A stretch of DNA of 64,000 nucleotides from a virus. The notes beneath the pieces are model-generated. The model was not told where the DNA came from and ran no database searches. It was given only the letters and a program-made list of their open reading frames with translations. Both the position numbers and the translations under genes were made by a program. Shown in pieces: positions 38,050 through 47,264 of this stretch. The DNA is taken from UHGV virus genome UHGV-1363143; one strand, 5' to 3'. How positions within the stretch are numbered: the first letter of the stretch is position 1; each line of letters begins with the position of its first letter.

Positions 38050-40218
38050 TTAAAGCTTTTCTTTTTGAGCGTTAGCATAGATTTTTGCGTCGCTATCATT
38101 ATTATGAGCAACTCTATCAGCTCTTTCAGCTTCCTTACCTGCACCAAATCTTTCATCTAAAGCTAAATATCCTGTTATTCTAGATACACCTTGTATTTTT
38201 CTAGAACCACAATTAGGGCATTCTTCTTCAGTTCTTAATAACTGTCCACATTCTTTACAGTATCTAACGTGGAAGTTAATTCCGATATATCCCATATTGG
38301 TATTAGTGAAAGTCCAAGTAATTATTTTTTCTATTTCTTCTGGTGTAGGATAATCATCTAATTCAATATAAGAAATTCTTCCACCATTACATAATTCGTG
38401 GAATGGAGCTTCCTTTTGGATTTTCTCCTTAACAGATATCTTAAATCCTGGATTAATATGATATCCATTAGTATAGTAAGCATGGTCTGTTACTCCTTTT
38501 ATTTCACCGTACTTAGCTTTGTCTATTGCAATAAATCTACCGCAAAGACCTTCTGATGGTGCAGCATAACAGCTCCAATTTAATTTATCTATTTCTTTAT
38601 ACTTATCACAGTATTCTCTAATCATTCTTACTACAGTATCAGCTATTTCTAAAGCTTTTTCATCTTCACCATGATGTTTACCGATAGCAGCCATTAACAT
38701 TTCATGTATTCCAATAAATCCTATTGCATAAGAACCTTGTTTTAAGATAGGTTCAATAGAATCATTTGGCCCAATTTCTTCTGCTCCCACATACATATTA
38801 TTTTCAGTTAAGAAAGGAATGTCTTTTCCTTTTAATTGCTTTAATACACTATATCTGTATAATAATGATTCTCTAGTTAAATCAAGCATTTTTAATAAGC
38901 TATCATATAAGAACTTAATCTTTTCTTCATCTGAACATCCAGTTTCTTTTTGGTGTAATGAAGCTTCTATACCTAATCTAGGTAAATTGATTGTTGTTGG
39001 TGCAATATTGCCCCTTCTCTTAGCTCCTTTAGGCCCATTGATATTATCAATAGTACTTGTTCTACATCCCATTGTGCTTATTCTTACTCCTTGCTCATGT
39101 AAAGGTAAGTTATAAGAAGCATCAATATTTAAGAATGTTGGGTTTAATCTTCTTGAAGCTACTTCACAAGCTATTTTGTATAAGTAGTAATATGGATCAC
39201 CAGGATTTCTATTAACTCCTGACTTAACTGCGAATACCATATTAGGGAATATTAATTGCTCACCAGCACCTAATCCTTTTCCATATTCTATTAATGCATG
39301 CTTACATACTAATGCAGCATCGTCATCCTTAGGTAAACCTATATTTAAAGAAGAGAATACTATTTGAGATCCACTTCTTGATTCCATAGTAGATAAATTG
39401 TACATTACTGATTGCATGGCTTGGCCTACAGCTTTATCAAGCTTAGCCTCAACTCTTGCTTTTATAACATCTTCAGGTTGACCAACCATTAATGCTGAAT
39501 ATTCTTCATATATTTCATCTCTTGTAGCTTTTACAAATACAGCCATATCATTATCGAAGTCATCTATACTTTGTCCTCCGAACATTTGATTTTGAGCACA
39601 TTGTAATAAGATACAAGCTAATTCAGCAGCAACATTAATTCTTTTAGCTGGTCTAATTGTTCCGTATGAAGTTTTAAAACCTGTCTTCAATGGTTCTAAG
39701 CTATGAGAGCAACAATTAAATGTTAAGTTAAAAGCATCTAAATCATGAAGATGATAATCTCCTTGCTCATGTGCTTTCGCAATATGTTTAGGCATGTTAG
39801 CTAAGTTTTGCCACTTATTTGATTCAGAAGCTATTCTTAATAGCTTTGCTCCAAAGTTATTACCAACATTACCATTATCTCTATCAGTATGAACACCAAT
39901 CTTTCTAATAGCTTTCATTATGTCAGATTTAGTTTCTCTTACTTCATTTCTTTCTTTTCTATAATCTAAATATGCATCTTTAGTTAATCTAAATCCATTT
40001 ACATATATAGCTGTTTGAATGAAATCTTGTAGTTTTTCAACTGTGATTTCTGTTTTATTTAACTCTGATATTTTAGCTTCAACTACATCTAAAATAACAT
40101 TAAGAACTTCAGCGTCTATTATTTGTTTTGCACTTTTAGCAGCATTAATAACTGATGCAGCTACCTTTGTTCTATCATAATTTGTTTTTCTACCATCTCT
40201 TTTTATAATTGTAATCAT
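38050..40218 (-). CDS. nrdD: anaerobic ribonucleoside-triphosphate reductase (class III, glycyl-radical)
   Basis: N-terminal ATP cone (MITIIKRDGRKTNYDRTKV); C-terminal Zn ribbon CKECG...CPNCGS and glycyl-radical motif SRITGYLA; 722 aa. Confidence 0.9.
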   Translation of the reverse strand: MITIIKRDGRKTNYDRTKVAASVINAAKSAKQIIDAEVLNVILDVVEAKISELNKTEITVEKLQDFIQTAIYVNGFRLTKDAYLDYRKERNEVRETKSDIMKAIRKIGVHTDRDNGNVGNNFGAKLLRIASESNKWQNLANMPKHIAKAHEQGDYHLHDLDAFNLTFNCCSHSLEPLKTGFKTSYGTIRPAKRINVAAELACILLQCAQNQMFGGQSIDDFDNDMAVFVKATRDEIYEEYSALMVGQPEDVIKARVEAKLDKAVGQAMQSVMYNLSTMESRSGSQIVFSSLNIGLPKDDDAALVCKHALIEYGKGLGAGEQLIFPNMVFAVKSGVNRNPGDPYYYLYKIACEVASRRLNPTFLNIDASYNLPLHEQGVRISTMGCRTSTIDNINGPKGAKRRGNIAPTTINLPRLGIEASLHQKETGCSDEEKIKFLYDSLLKMLDLTRESLLYRYSVLKQLKGKDIPFLTENNMYVGAEEIGPNDSIEPILKQGSYAIGFIGIHEMLMAAIGKHHGEDEKALEIADTVVRMIREYCDKYKEIDKLNWSCYAAPSEGLCGRFIAIDKAKYGEIKGVTDHAYYTNGYHINPGFKISVKEKIQKEAPFHELCNGGRISYIELDDYPTPEEIEKIITWTFTNTNMGYIGINFHVRYCKECGQLLRTEEECPNCGSRKIQGVSRITGYLALDERFGAGKEAERADRVAHNNDSDAKIYANAQKEKL

Positions 40219-40304
40219 CTTTAGTAACCTCTTTTCTTTGCTAATTTCTTCATACTCTATTATTACTAATAGCTAGCTCCTTATTGTGGGTGCTAGCTAT
40301 CAAA

Positions 40305-40919
40305 TTAATATATTTTCTTCTTCTCAGCAAAGTGGTCTACGATGTATTTACTCCAACCTTCTAATTTTTCATAATTAGCTATTAATTCATTTATGTCCAT
40401 CCATTGGCCAATTAAATTGTCCTTTTCTTTAACTATAACTTCACCAGTAGCATGTGCTAATATCACAACTCCTGTATGATCACTTGTACTTGAAGCTAAA
40501 TCTCTTACATAACCAATTATTTCTAATGGTTTTAATATATCAGCTTGAACTTCTTCAAATAATTCTCTTACAGCTGCTTTGAACAATACTTCTCTTCCTT
40601 CATCACATTTATCTATGTGACCTCCACAAGCTATGCTTACTTTATCGACAAGTCTTGAATCACCAGCAACTCTTTTTGTTGTAAATACTTTTTGACCGCT
40701 TTCATCTAATATTAGAATATACGGTATTATTTGTTGCATATAAGGTTGTCCTTCTGCATCATACCTATAAATAAATTCACCCATAGAATCAAACTGTCCC
40801 CAAATTCTAACATCATGTTTTAATGGCGTAAATCCGTCAGGTATAAACTCTACTTTTGAATATGGAACAGCAAAAACTTTTTCTTCACCATATTTGGCTA
40901 TCAATTGTTTTCTATTCAT
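40305..40919 (-). CDS. Nudix hydrolase
   Basis: Nudix box GGHIDKCDEGREVLFKAAVRELFEEV (Gx5Ex7REUxEExGU); 204 aa. Confidence 0.8.
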   Translation of the reverse strand: MNRKQLIAKYGEEKVFAVPYSKVEFIPDGFTPLKHDVRIWGQFDSMGEFIYRYDAEGQPYMQQIIPYILILDESGQKVFTTKRVAGDSRLVDKVSIACGGHIDKCDEGREVLFKAAVRELFEEVQADILKPLEIIGYVRDLASSTSDHTGVVILAHATGEVIVKEKDNLIGQWMDINELIANYEKLEGWSKYIVDHFAEKKKIY

Positions 40920-41212
40920 TACACTAATTCTCTCCCATTTAAACCTTTCTTGATTTTAGTTGATAATCCTAATCTAATAGTTCTACTATCAGGAATAACA
41001 ATCTCCTCTTTAGTTGTAGGGTGTTTTGTTTTCTTTCCTGGCACTGTGCCATATTTAAAAACTGCGAAGTTTTTTATTCTAACTTCTTCTCCTTCTTCAA
41101 CAAGTATCTTTGAGATCTCATTAAATGTATCTTCTATAATGTTGTGCGCATCTTTTTGAGATATTTTTTGATTCTCTGATACTCTTTTAGATAAATCTTT
41201 AATATTCTTCAT
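40919..41212 (-). CDS. HU/IHF-family DNA-binding protein
   Basis: FNEISKILVEEGEEVRIKNFAVFKYGTVPGKKTKHPTTKEEIVIPDSRTIRLGLSTKIKKGL — HU fold including its beta-arm; 97 aa. Confidence 0.8.
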   Translation of the reverse strand: MKNIKDLSKRVSENQKISQKDAHNIIEDTFNEISKILVEEGEEVRIKNFAVFKYGTVPGKKTKHPTTKEEIVIPDSRTIRLGLSTKIKKGLNGRELV

Positions 41213-41256
41213 TTGTGTTCTATCCTTTCGTAAGTCTATATTATAAATTATGTCAA

Positions 41257-41300
41257 ATAAAAAAAATAAGATACCGTAGGGAACTATTTAAGCTCCCTAC
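41257..41300 (-). terminator. hairpin + T-run terminator
   Basis: stem gtaggga/tccctac, followed on the minus strand by ggtatctt then TTTTTTTTATTT. Confidence 0.4.
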
Positions 41301-41306
41301 TTTTAA

Positions 41307-41639
41307 TTACCTTGGTTTAACTTGCTTATTACTTCTCATTCTTAACATAGTTCTATGACATTTAATACATTCATAAGGTCTACACCCTATATTATAGAAT
41401 TGTTGAACTGCCATACATGAGCTATGTGCTTTACCTCTTTTAGGAGTTTCGCCTGTTGATTTTGCGTAATAATTCTTAATACATTTTATTTTTGTCTCAT
41501 TAGTTAATAGGATAGAATCAAATACTATTGTATCTATTTCAGGTTGTCCATCTACTGAATTAAAATTAAGAATTTCTTCTAAATCTTTAATGTTAATGCC
41601 TTCTATCTGATTTCTTGTTTTTCTTTGAAATATGTTCAT
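41307..41639 (-). CDS. hypothetical Cys/His-rich protein
   Basis: 110-aa ORF. Confidence 0.3.
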   Translation of the reverse strand: MNIFQRKTRNQIEGINIKDLEEILNFNSVDGQPEIDTIVFDSILLTNETKIKCIKNYYAKSTGETPKRGKAHSSCMAVQQFYNIGCRPYECIKCHRTMLRMRSNKQVKPR

Positions 41640-41651
41640 AAATTCACCTCA

Positions 41652-42116
41652 TTATAATGCTTGCCAACACTCAGGGCATAGCAAATTTAAAGTATCACCA
41701 TCTACAGTGGCACAACAACTGCAAATGTCTTTTCCACAAGTGCTACATTTAGCAGCATCTTCTTTAAAGGTACTAGCTCCACATCCTTCACAAGTATGAT
41801 CTAATACAAGTGGTTCAGCTACAAATGTGGTTTTAGGCTCAGCTTTTTTTTGAGCTGCTTTTTCTTGTTTCATTTTTTCTTGCCTATTTTTATTAGATAG
41901 TTCATTTATTCTATCTCTATCAACCTTTGGCTTACCAGTAAAAGGATCTATTTCTACTTTAGGTTTTAGTTCCTTTTCTTTAGTACGTATCATGTGATTA
42001 TTATTAAAATCACAGCTGTCGATAGTGATACTTGCATGAACCATATGTTTTGCAATATCACTATAAATATTGCAAATTGGCTTTATATCACATTCTTTGC
42101 AAAGTGACATAAACAT
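41652..42116 (-). CDS. hypothetical Cys-rich (multi-zinc-ribbon) protein
   Basis: CEGCG...CSTCGKDICSCC...CPEC; 154 aa. Confidence 0.35.
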   Translation of the reverse strand: MFMSLCKECDIKPICNIYSDIAKHMVHASITIDSCDFNNNHMIRTKEKELKPKVEIDPFTGKPKVDRDRINELSNKNRQEKMKQEKAAQKKAEPKTTFVAEPLVLDHTCEGCGASTFKEDAAKCSTCGKDICSCCATVDGDTLNLLCPECWQAL

Positions 42117-42122
42117 TCCTCC

Positions 42123-43280
42123 TTAAAGTCGCATATTCATTCTCTTAAGAATATATTCTTTCATGACCATTCTTTCGGCTTCGTAAGGAATTTCTTCAAG
42201 TACCTTTTTGATATCTTTATATTGCTTTAACTTTAATTCATTAATCTGACTATCATATGAATTAACTATCTTTTGCATCTTATACTGTCCATAAGTAAGT
42301 GCATTGGTCTTTATATAATCTTCAATATCACATTTAAGCTCTATTGATAATTCACATAAATCTTTGTTGCCAGGTAGGATTAATATTTTAGAATAGATCC
42401 CCTCAGAAGCCAGTTTGTTAATAGCTTTTTCTGCAGCAGCTATTCCTGGTCCATCTCCATCCATTATGAATACAGGAGTCTTATTCCAATTCTTGATTAC
42501 TTTTACATGTTCATCTGTAAAAGCTGTTCCTAATGTTGCAACTATATTTAATGCATTATACTTATCTGCCATTATTACATCCATTGGTCCTTCAGTTATT
42601 CTTATTTCCTCGAAGCTCTCTATTATATTATGCGAACCATAAAAATAACTAGACTTGTTGAATATCTTACTTGTAGGACTGTTTTTATATTTATCATTTC
42701 TTCCTTCAGGAACTTCAAGCCATCTCTTAGTAAATCCTATTGGATACTTATATCTATTAAGTAATGGGAATACTATCTTTTCTCCTTCAAAACCAATCAT
42801 CCATTTTTTAATATCCTTATCACTTAAACCTCTATTATATAAATAGTTTAATGGTACAGAATATAAATTTTTTATATAACTTTCAGTTTGTATTCTTCTA
42901 AGTTTATATAATTTATCAAATTCTGAACTGGGAATAGGTATCTCATACTTTTCACAAAGATCATAAACTGCTTGTTTCCAATTAACTCCTTCTATCCATT
43001 GATAAAAAGCTATACAATCAGAACCATAATTTTTATGTTCTTTGCTAGATGTATTTTTATCTCCAGAATGACAGACCATACAAGCCCAACTATCAAACTG
43101 ACTGTTTCTATATCCTCTCTTCCAAATTCGGAAAGATGGGTTTTTATCATCATGATTAGGGTGAGGACACTTACCTTGATATATATTGGTGCCTGCTTTA
43201 TGGAGAGCTGTGTATTCTGAAACAAGTTCTACTAAATCTACCTTTTCTTTTATTTCATTAATAAACTCTTGCGGAAACAT
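42123..43280 (-). CDS. DNA primase (DnaG-like: CHC2 zinc finger + TOPRIM)
   Basis: CPHPNHDDKNPSFRIW...CMVCH zinc finger; TOPRIM IMDGDGPGIAAAEKA; 385 aa. Confidence 0.8.
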   Translation of the reverse strand: MFPQEFINEIKEKVDLVELVSEYTALHKAGTNIYQGKCPHPNHDDKNPSFRIWKRGYRNSQFDSWACMVCHSGDKNTSSKEHKNYGSDCIAFYQWIEGVNWKQAVYDLCEKYEIPIPSSEFDKLYKLRRIQTESYIKNLYSVPLNYLYNRGLSDKDIKKWMIGFEGEKIVFPLLNRYKYPIGFTKRWLEVPEGRNDKYKNSPTSKIFNKSSYFYGSHNIIESFEEIRITEGPMDVIMADKYNALNIVATLGTAFTDEHVKVIKNWNKTPVFIMDGDGPGIAAAEKAINKLASEGIYSKILILPGNKDLCELSIELKCDIEDYIKTNALTYGQYKMQKIVNSYDSQINELKLKQYKDIKKVLEEIPYEAERMVMKEYILKRMNMRL

Positions 43281-43315
43281 GTTAGAATTTACTCACCTCT
43301 TTCGATTTTGTGTAT

Positions 43316-43340
43316 GTAAAAAGACTCCCTTTAGGGAGTC
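43316..43340 (-). terminator. rho-independent terminator
   Basis: stem gactccc/gggagtc with ttta loop, followed by TTTTTACAT on the minus strand. Confidence 0.55.
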
Positions 43341-43346
43341 CTTGGC

Positions 43347-44315
43347 TTAGTTTTTAGAACTATCTACTATTCTTACTGATCCATTTGCTTGTACAGTTTT
43401 AGTAGCAATTTCTTGTACCTTAGCATAAGCATCATCTAGTTTAGTTTTTGTTACTTCATGAGCAGCTCTTTCACTTGATAAAGCTTCTTCTAATGAAGCA
43501 ATTTTTTCTTCAAGTCTTTCTTTTGCCCATTTAGCTTCTTTTTCAATATAGCTCTTTTGAATATTGAACTCTTTAGAAGCCTTATCTCTACCTTCTTTGA
43601 ATGAAGATTCTTTAATTTCTTCAATCTTATCATTTAAATTAGCAATATGTTCATTTAATTCTGCATTTTTAGCCTCAATTTCTTCAACCTTAGATTCTCT
43701 TTCAGCTACAGCTAATTCCTTTTCTGCTAATACGGATTCTCTAGAAGCTTTTTCATCTTCCCAAGCATCATTATCCTTTTGTCTTTCTCTCTTTAGGTTA
43801 TATTCAAATTCTTCTTTTTCTCTAGCTCTTTCTTTTTGAAGTTTAACCTTTTCTTCTTGGAATTCAGCTCTTAAATCAGTTTTTAATTTATCATATTCTT
43901 CATTTAATTCCTTAACTGATTTAGCAACTTCTGCTCTCTTTTCAGCTAGATTTGCATTCATTTCCGCTACTTTAGCTTCATAATTAGCATCAAGCTCTCT
44001 ATCCTTATCCTTAGCAGCATTTATTAATGCTTCTAAAGAATCAGCTTCCTTCTTTATGCTATATAATTCTTCTATTTCTTCTTCTAATAAGTCTACAGTC
44101 TTTAATAGAGCAGTATACTTATCCTTCATATCATCATTTAATATTTCTAAATCAATTATTTCTTTTGCTTTAGCCTTTACTTCCTTTATTTCCTTAGCCT
44201 TTACAACTTCTGCAGTAGTAGTTCTTCCTTCTTTTAATCTCTTGATTTCTTCTTGCGCTGCATTGTATGCCTCTAATATTTGATCCTTTGTGTTTTTTGA
44301 TGTTACTTTTGCCAT
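43347..44315 (-). CDS. coiled-coil Lys/Glu-rich protein
   Basis: 322 aa of heptad-like K/E-rich sequence; no enzymatic motif. Confidence 0.4.
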   Translation of the reverse strand: MAKVTSKNTKDQILEAYNAAQEEIKRLKEGRTTTAEVVKAKEIKEVKAKAKEIIDLEILNDDMKDKYTALLKTVDLLEEEIEELYSIKKEADSLEALINAAKDKDRELDANYEAKVAEMNANLAEKRAEVAKSVKELNEEYDKLKTDLRAEFQEEKVKLQKERAREKEEFEYNLKRERQKDNDAWEDEKASRESVLAEKELAVAERESKVEEIEAKNAELNEHIANLNDKIEEIKESSFKEGRDKASKEFNIQKSYIEKEAKWAKERLEEKIASLEEALSSERAAHEVTKTKLDDAYAKVQEIATKTVQANGSVRIVDSSKN

Positions 44316-44630
44316 TTAAAATTCCTCCATCTCTCTTGTTAAAAATCATTTTAAATCTACATACTTTATATTATGTGAATAATAAAAAAAAGAGCATTAA
44401 AATGAAAAAGCTTCCACTCTAATATCTCTATTTTGATTCTATATCCCAAATTGTTATATTTTTATAATTTTTAGCATACCAATATCCAAAATCTTCGTAA
44501 TTATCAAAGTATCTGTATTGGTATCCATCTTGGCTAAATCGTTGATTATACTTCACTCTTATCATTAGTTCACCTTTAAATATATTGAATATCATAGAGG
44601 CTATTAAATAGCCCCTACATAATTAAAAAA

Positions 44631-45383
44631 TTACTTAATTTCAAATTTATCTTCCTGAGTTTGAATTGTTACAGAAGGGATAACAGTATCTCCTAAATAG
44701 AATTTACCATCTTCAATTCTTCCATTTTTCTTAAGCATACTCTTATCAAGCTTCTCAACTGTTTCTACTTTTATTAAGTCAGGATTCACTTCTTTAACTA
44801 ATGATTTAAGTTCATCCTCATCTCCATAAATATATTTAGGTTGCTGCTTTTTAAACGATAAGTTTCCATATGGAAGTTTTATAGTCCTAGTTTTTTTGCC
44901 TTCTAATTCTTGCATAGCAAAATCTTTTAATATACTAGAGAAATATGATTTCTTTCTATCTATTTCATCTTGTCTTTGCTTTCTAAATGCATTAACTGCC
45001 TTTGAAGTTCTTTCAATTTCTGAATCACATAACTCATTCATTTCTGTTTCTTCAAGTATTAATTGATTATAAAGCTTAATATAGAAATTAGCTTGAGCCT
45101 TAGTCATTGAACCTGGTTCTTCTATAGAATCCACATTTAAATCAGTCTCTGCAAATTCATTCATAAAATCTCTTAGTTCTCCTAAGAAATCTTTTGCAAA
45201 TGCATTTTGAGGCTCTGTAACAGGAGTCTCTACTTTTTCTTCTTTTGGAAGTAAAGTATCAACCATATCTCCAAAAGGCATAATATTATTAGGCTTTTGT
45301 GAGAACGGGTTATTTTTAATTGCTCCTGGTGGTGGAGCAGGAATTGGCATAGGTGGTACAAGTCTTGCATTTTCCATTAACAT
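44631..45383 (-). CDS. Mu Gam-like host-nuclease inhibitor (Ku-like) candidate
   Basis: central coiled coil followed by KTRTIKLPYGNLSFKKQQPKYIYGDEDELKSLVKEVNPDLIKVETVEK, resembling the Gam-family C-terminal domain; Pro-rich N-terminus; 250 aa. Confidence 0.4.
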   Translation of the reverse strand: MLMENARLVPPMPIPAPPPGAIKNNPFSQKPNNIMPFGDMVDTLLPKEEKVETPVTEPQNAFAKDFLGELRDFMNEFAETDLNVDSIEEPGSMTKAQANFYIKLYNQLILEETEMNELCDSEIERTSKAVNAFRKQRQDEIDRKKSYFSSILKDFAMQELEGKKTRTIKLPYGNLSFKKQQPKYIYGDEDELKSLVKEVNPDLIKVETVEKLDKSMLKKNGRIEDGKFYLGDTVIPSVTIQTQEDKFEIK

Positions 45384-45390
45384 ATCCTCC

Positions 45391-46452
45391 TTAAATAAGA
45401 TTTTTGTTTATATAATCCATTATTGTATTTAACCTTTGATTATAATTACCGCCAACTTCAACAATTTTATCTTCAAATCCTCTTTCGATATACATATGTT
45501 TAAGTCTTTGGTGTAATTTTTCTCTTTTTTCTTGGTCGCCGTTAAGTCTTTGGCCATCTGATACCCACTCAACGTCTGGCTTAAGTAAAAATACTACATC
45601 ATATTTATCAGGATCTACACAAGCTTCTACTTGTGCATTTCTCTCACCCATATATAAAATGCTATAATATTGGGTAATAGTTGCATCTGTATCAAAGAAA
45701 CATAATTTATTAGCACATCTTAAAGCTTCGTAATCTTGCTCAACTTGTTGATGAGCAATTCTAGAAAAGTCTTGAGTAGTAAATATCTCCTCATTTCCTC
45801 CAAGGAATCTTTGAGCATAATATCTACCTACTTCTTCACTCCAAGAGGTGTGATATAATTTAGCCAATGATTTAGTTAAAGTAGTTTTCCCACAACTTTC
45901 ACTTCCAGCTATTAATACTTTCTTAGTAAAGAAAGGTCTTGCAGGTCCTAATATATGATCCCAATGTTTGATAGGATTGCTTCTAATTTCAGTAGCACTA
46001 ATGTTATAAGTAGTTCTCATTGGATCAAATAGATCTACCTTAGCATTAGGGAAATACTCTTCTAGCTTTTCTACATATTCATGCTCTCCACAAAAGAAAA
46101 CATCTATATTGTCTCCTACTGCTCCTTTCATTAGTTCAGCCCACATTGGCCATCCATTAGGATACTCAGGTATATTAGATTCATCTAATTTAACTACTTT
46201 GATGTGAGGCATATCTATAAGCTCTTGAGATAACCATTGTATTCTAAGGTTAACATTAATTTCAGGAATGCCTGATTCTTTACAGATTCTTCTGCTTCTT
46301 TCTATATTGTCACTTACTACTACATAAAGTTTTTGAACCTTTGTGGCAGCATTTAATATAGCTGTTAAATGTCCTCTATGTGGAGGAAGGAATTTACCAA
46401 AGTAAACTCCAACCTTAGGCATATCATTTAAATTGAAAATTGAACCACTCAT
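45391..46452 (-). CDS. nadR: bifunctional NMN adenylyltransferase / ribosylnicotinamide kinase (NadR-type, no HTH)
   Basis: NMNAT motif GKFLPPHRGHL (HxGH); C-terminal P-loop kinase AGSESCGKTT; 353 aa. Confidence 0.8.
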   Translation of the reverse strand: MSGSIFNLNDMPKVGVYFGKFLPPHRGHLTAILNAATKVQKLYVVVSDNIERSRRICKESGIPEINVNLRIQWLSQELIDMPHIKVVKLDESNIPEYPNGWPMWAELMKGAVGDNIDVFFCGEHEYVEKLEEYFPNAKVDLFDPMRTTYNISATEIRSNPIKHWDHILGPARPFFTKKVLIAGSESCGKTTLTKSLAKLYHTSWSEEVGRYYAQRFLGGNEEIFTTQDFSRIAHQQVEQDYEALRCANKLCFFDTDATITQYYSILYMGERNAQVEACVDPDKYDVVFLLKPDVEWVSDGQRLNGDQEKREKLHQRLKHMYIERGFEDKIVEVGGNYNQRLNTIMDYINKNLI

Positions 46453-47133
46453 TTATTTCACCTCTTTTATTTGAGCCTTTTTCCATGAATATAATCCAAA
46501 TATAGAATTGCATAGGTAAACTATCCACATAATTAATGTAGCCATCTCTCCTACACCATTTATTAAAGAGAATGCCCACATGATTATTGATACTACATTG
46601 ATAATAACCCATATCACCCATTGCTCCATAAATTGTTTAACCATTAATATCATTGCAATGATAGATAGAATTGTTGAAGTTGAATCTAAGAATGGTAGAT
46701 AATTACCTAAAGACTTTAAGAAGAATCCATAGAAAATAACTAAGGAAACTGATATTCCGACTAATCTAATTCTTCCTTCTGTGCTAAGACTTTTTGATTC
46801 TATTTCTCCATCATTCTCTTCCTTAGCTTTCTTCCACATATAAAGACCTATAAATTGCATAGGCAAGTAATATAACGCATTTAACATTACTTCTCCATAG
46901 AAGCTAGCTTGGTAAGATAAAATAGCATAAGTAGAAACATTAATAGCACCAAATAAATAATTTAATGACATTCTCTTAGCTACTAGGATTACAGATAAGA
47001 TACCTGTTAATGAAGATACAATCGCTAAGGGACTATCTCCCCAATAAAGGCTTAAACCTAGTGTAGATAATGTCGCAACTGTTACCCATAAAATTTCATA
47101 AAGCTTCCAGTTTTTAAATATTGTTTTGTTCAT
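46453..47133 (-). CDS. pnuC: nicotinamide riboside transporter PnuC
   Basis: multi-TM protein with PnuC-family motifs (EILWVTVATLS...NALYYLPMQFIGLYMWKK); 226 aa; stop codon abuts the nadR start. Confidence 0.8.
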   Translation of the reverse strand: MNKTIFKNWKLYEILWVTVATLSTLGLSLYWGDSPLAIVSSLTGILSVILVAKRMSLNYLFGAINVSTYAILSYQASFYGEVMLNALYYLPMQFIGLYMWKKAKEENDGEIESKSLSTEGRIRLVGISVSLVIFYGFFLKSLGNYLPFLDSTSTILSIIAMILMVKQFMEQWVIWVIINVVSIIMWAFSLINGVGEMATLIMWIVYLCNSIFGLYSWKKAQIKEVK

Positions 47134-47231
47134 ATACTTTTCTCCTTCGATTTTTGTTTCAAAATTATGTTATGTCTTAAAAAATAAAAAGACTACTTTT
47201 ACGAAAAGCTTCGCAAAAATAGTCATATTTT

Positions 47232-47264
47232 ATTTATAAAAATAGAGACTGCTATGCAGTCCCT
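47232..47264 (-). terminator. rho-independent terminator overlapping the helicase stop codon
   Basis: stem agagactgc/gcagtccct with one mismatch, followed by TATTTTTAT on the minus strand. Confidence 0.45.

Noticed and set aside
38037-38156. N-terminal extension of the nrdG ORF (called from 38156), overlapping nrdD by ~105 nt
   Set aside because: NrdG homology begins at MNIQTAGELYDS... (Met at 38036); the extension overlaps the nrdD C-terminus and is probably not translated.
46424-46621. 65-aa minus-strand ORF overlapping the nadR/pnuC junction
   Set aside because: It is an alternative frame inside pnuC and the start of nadR, with no ribosome-binding site. PnuC and NadR motifs occupy the other frame.
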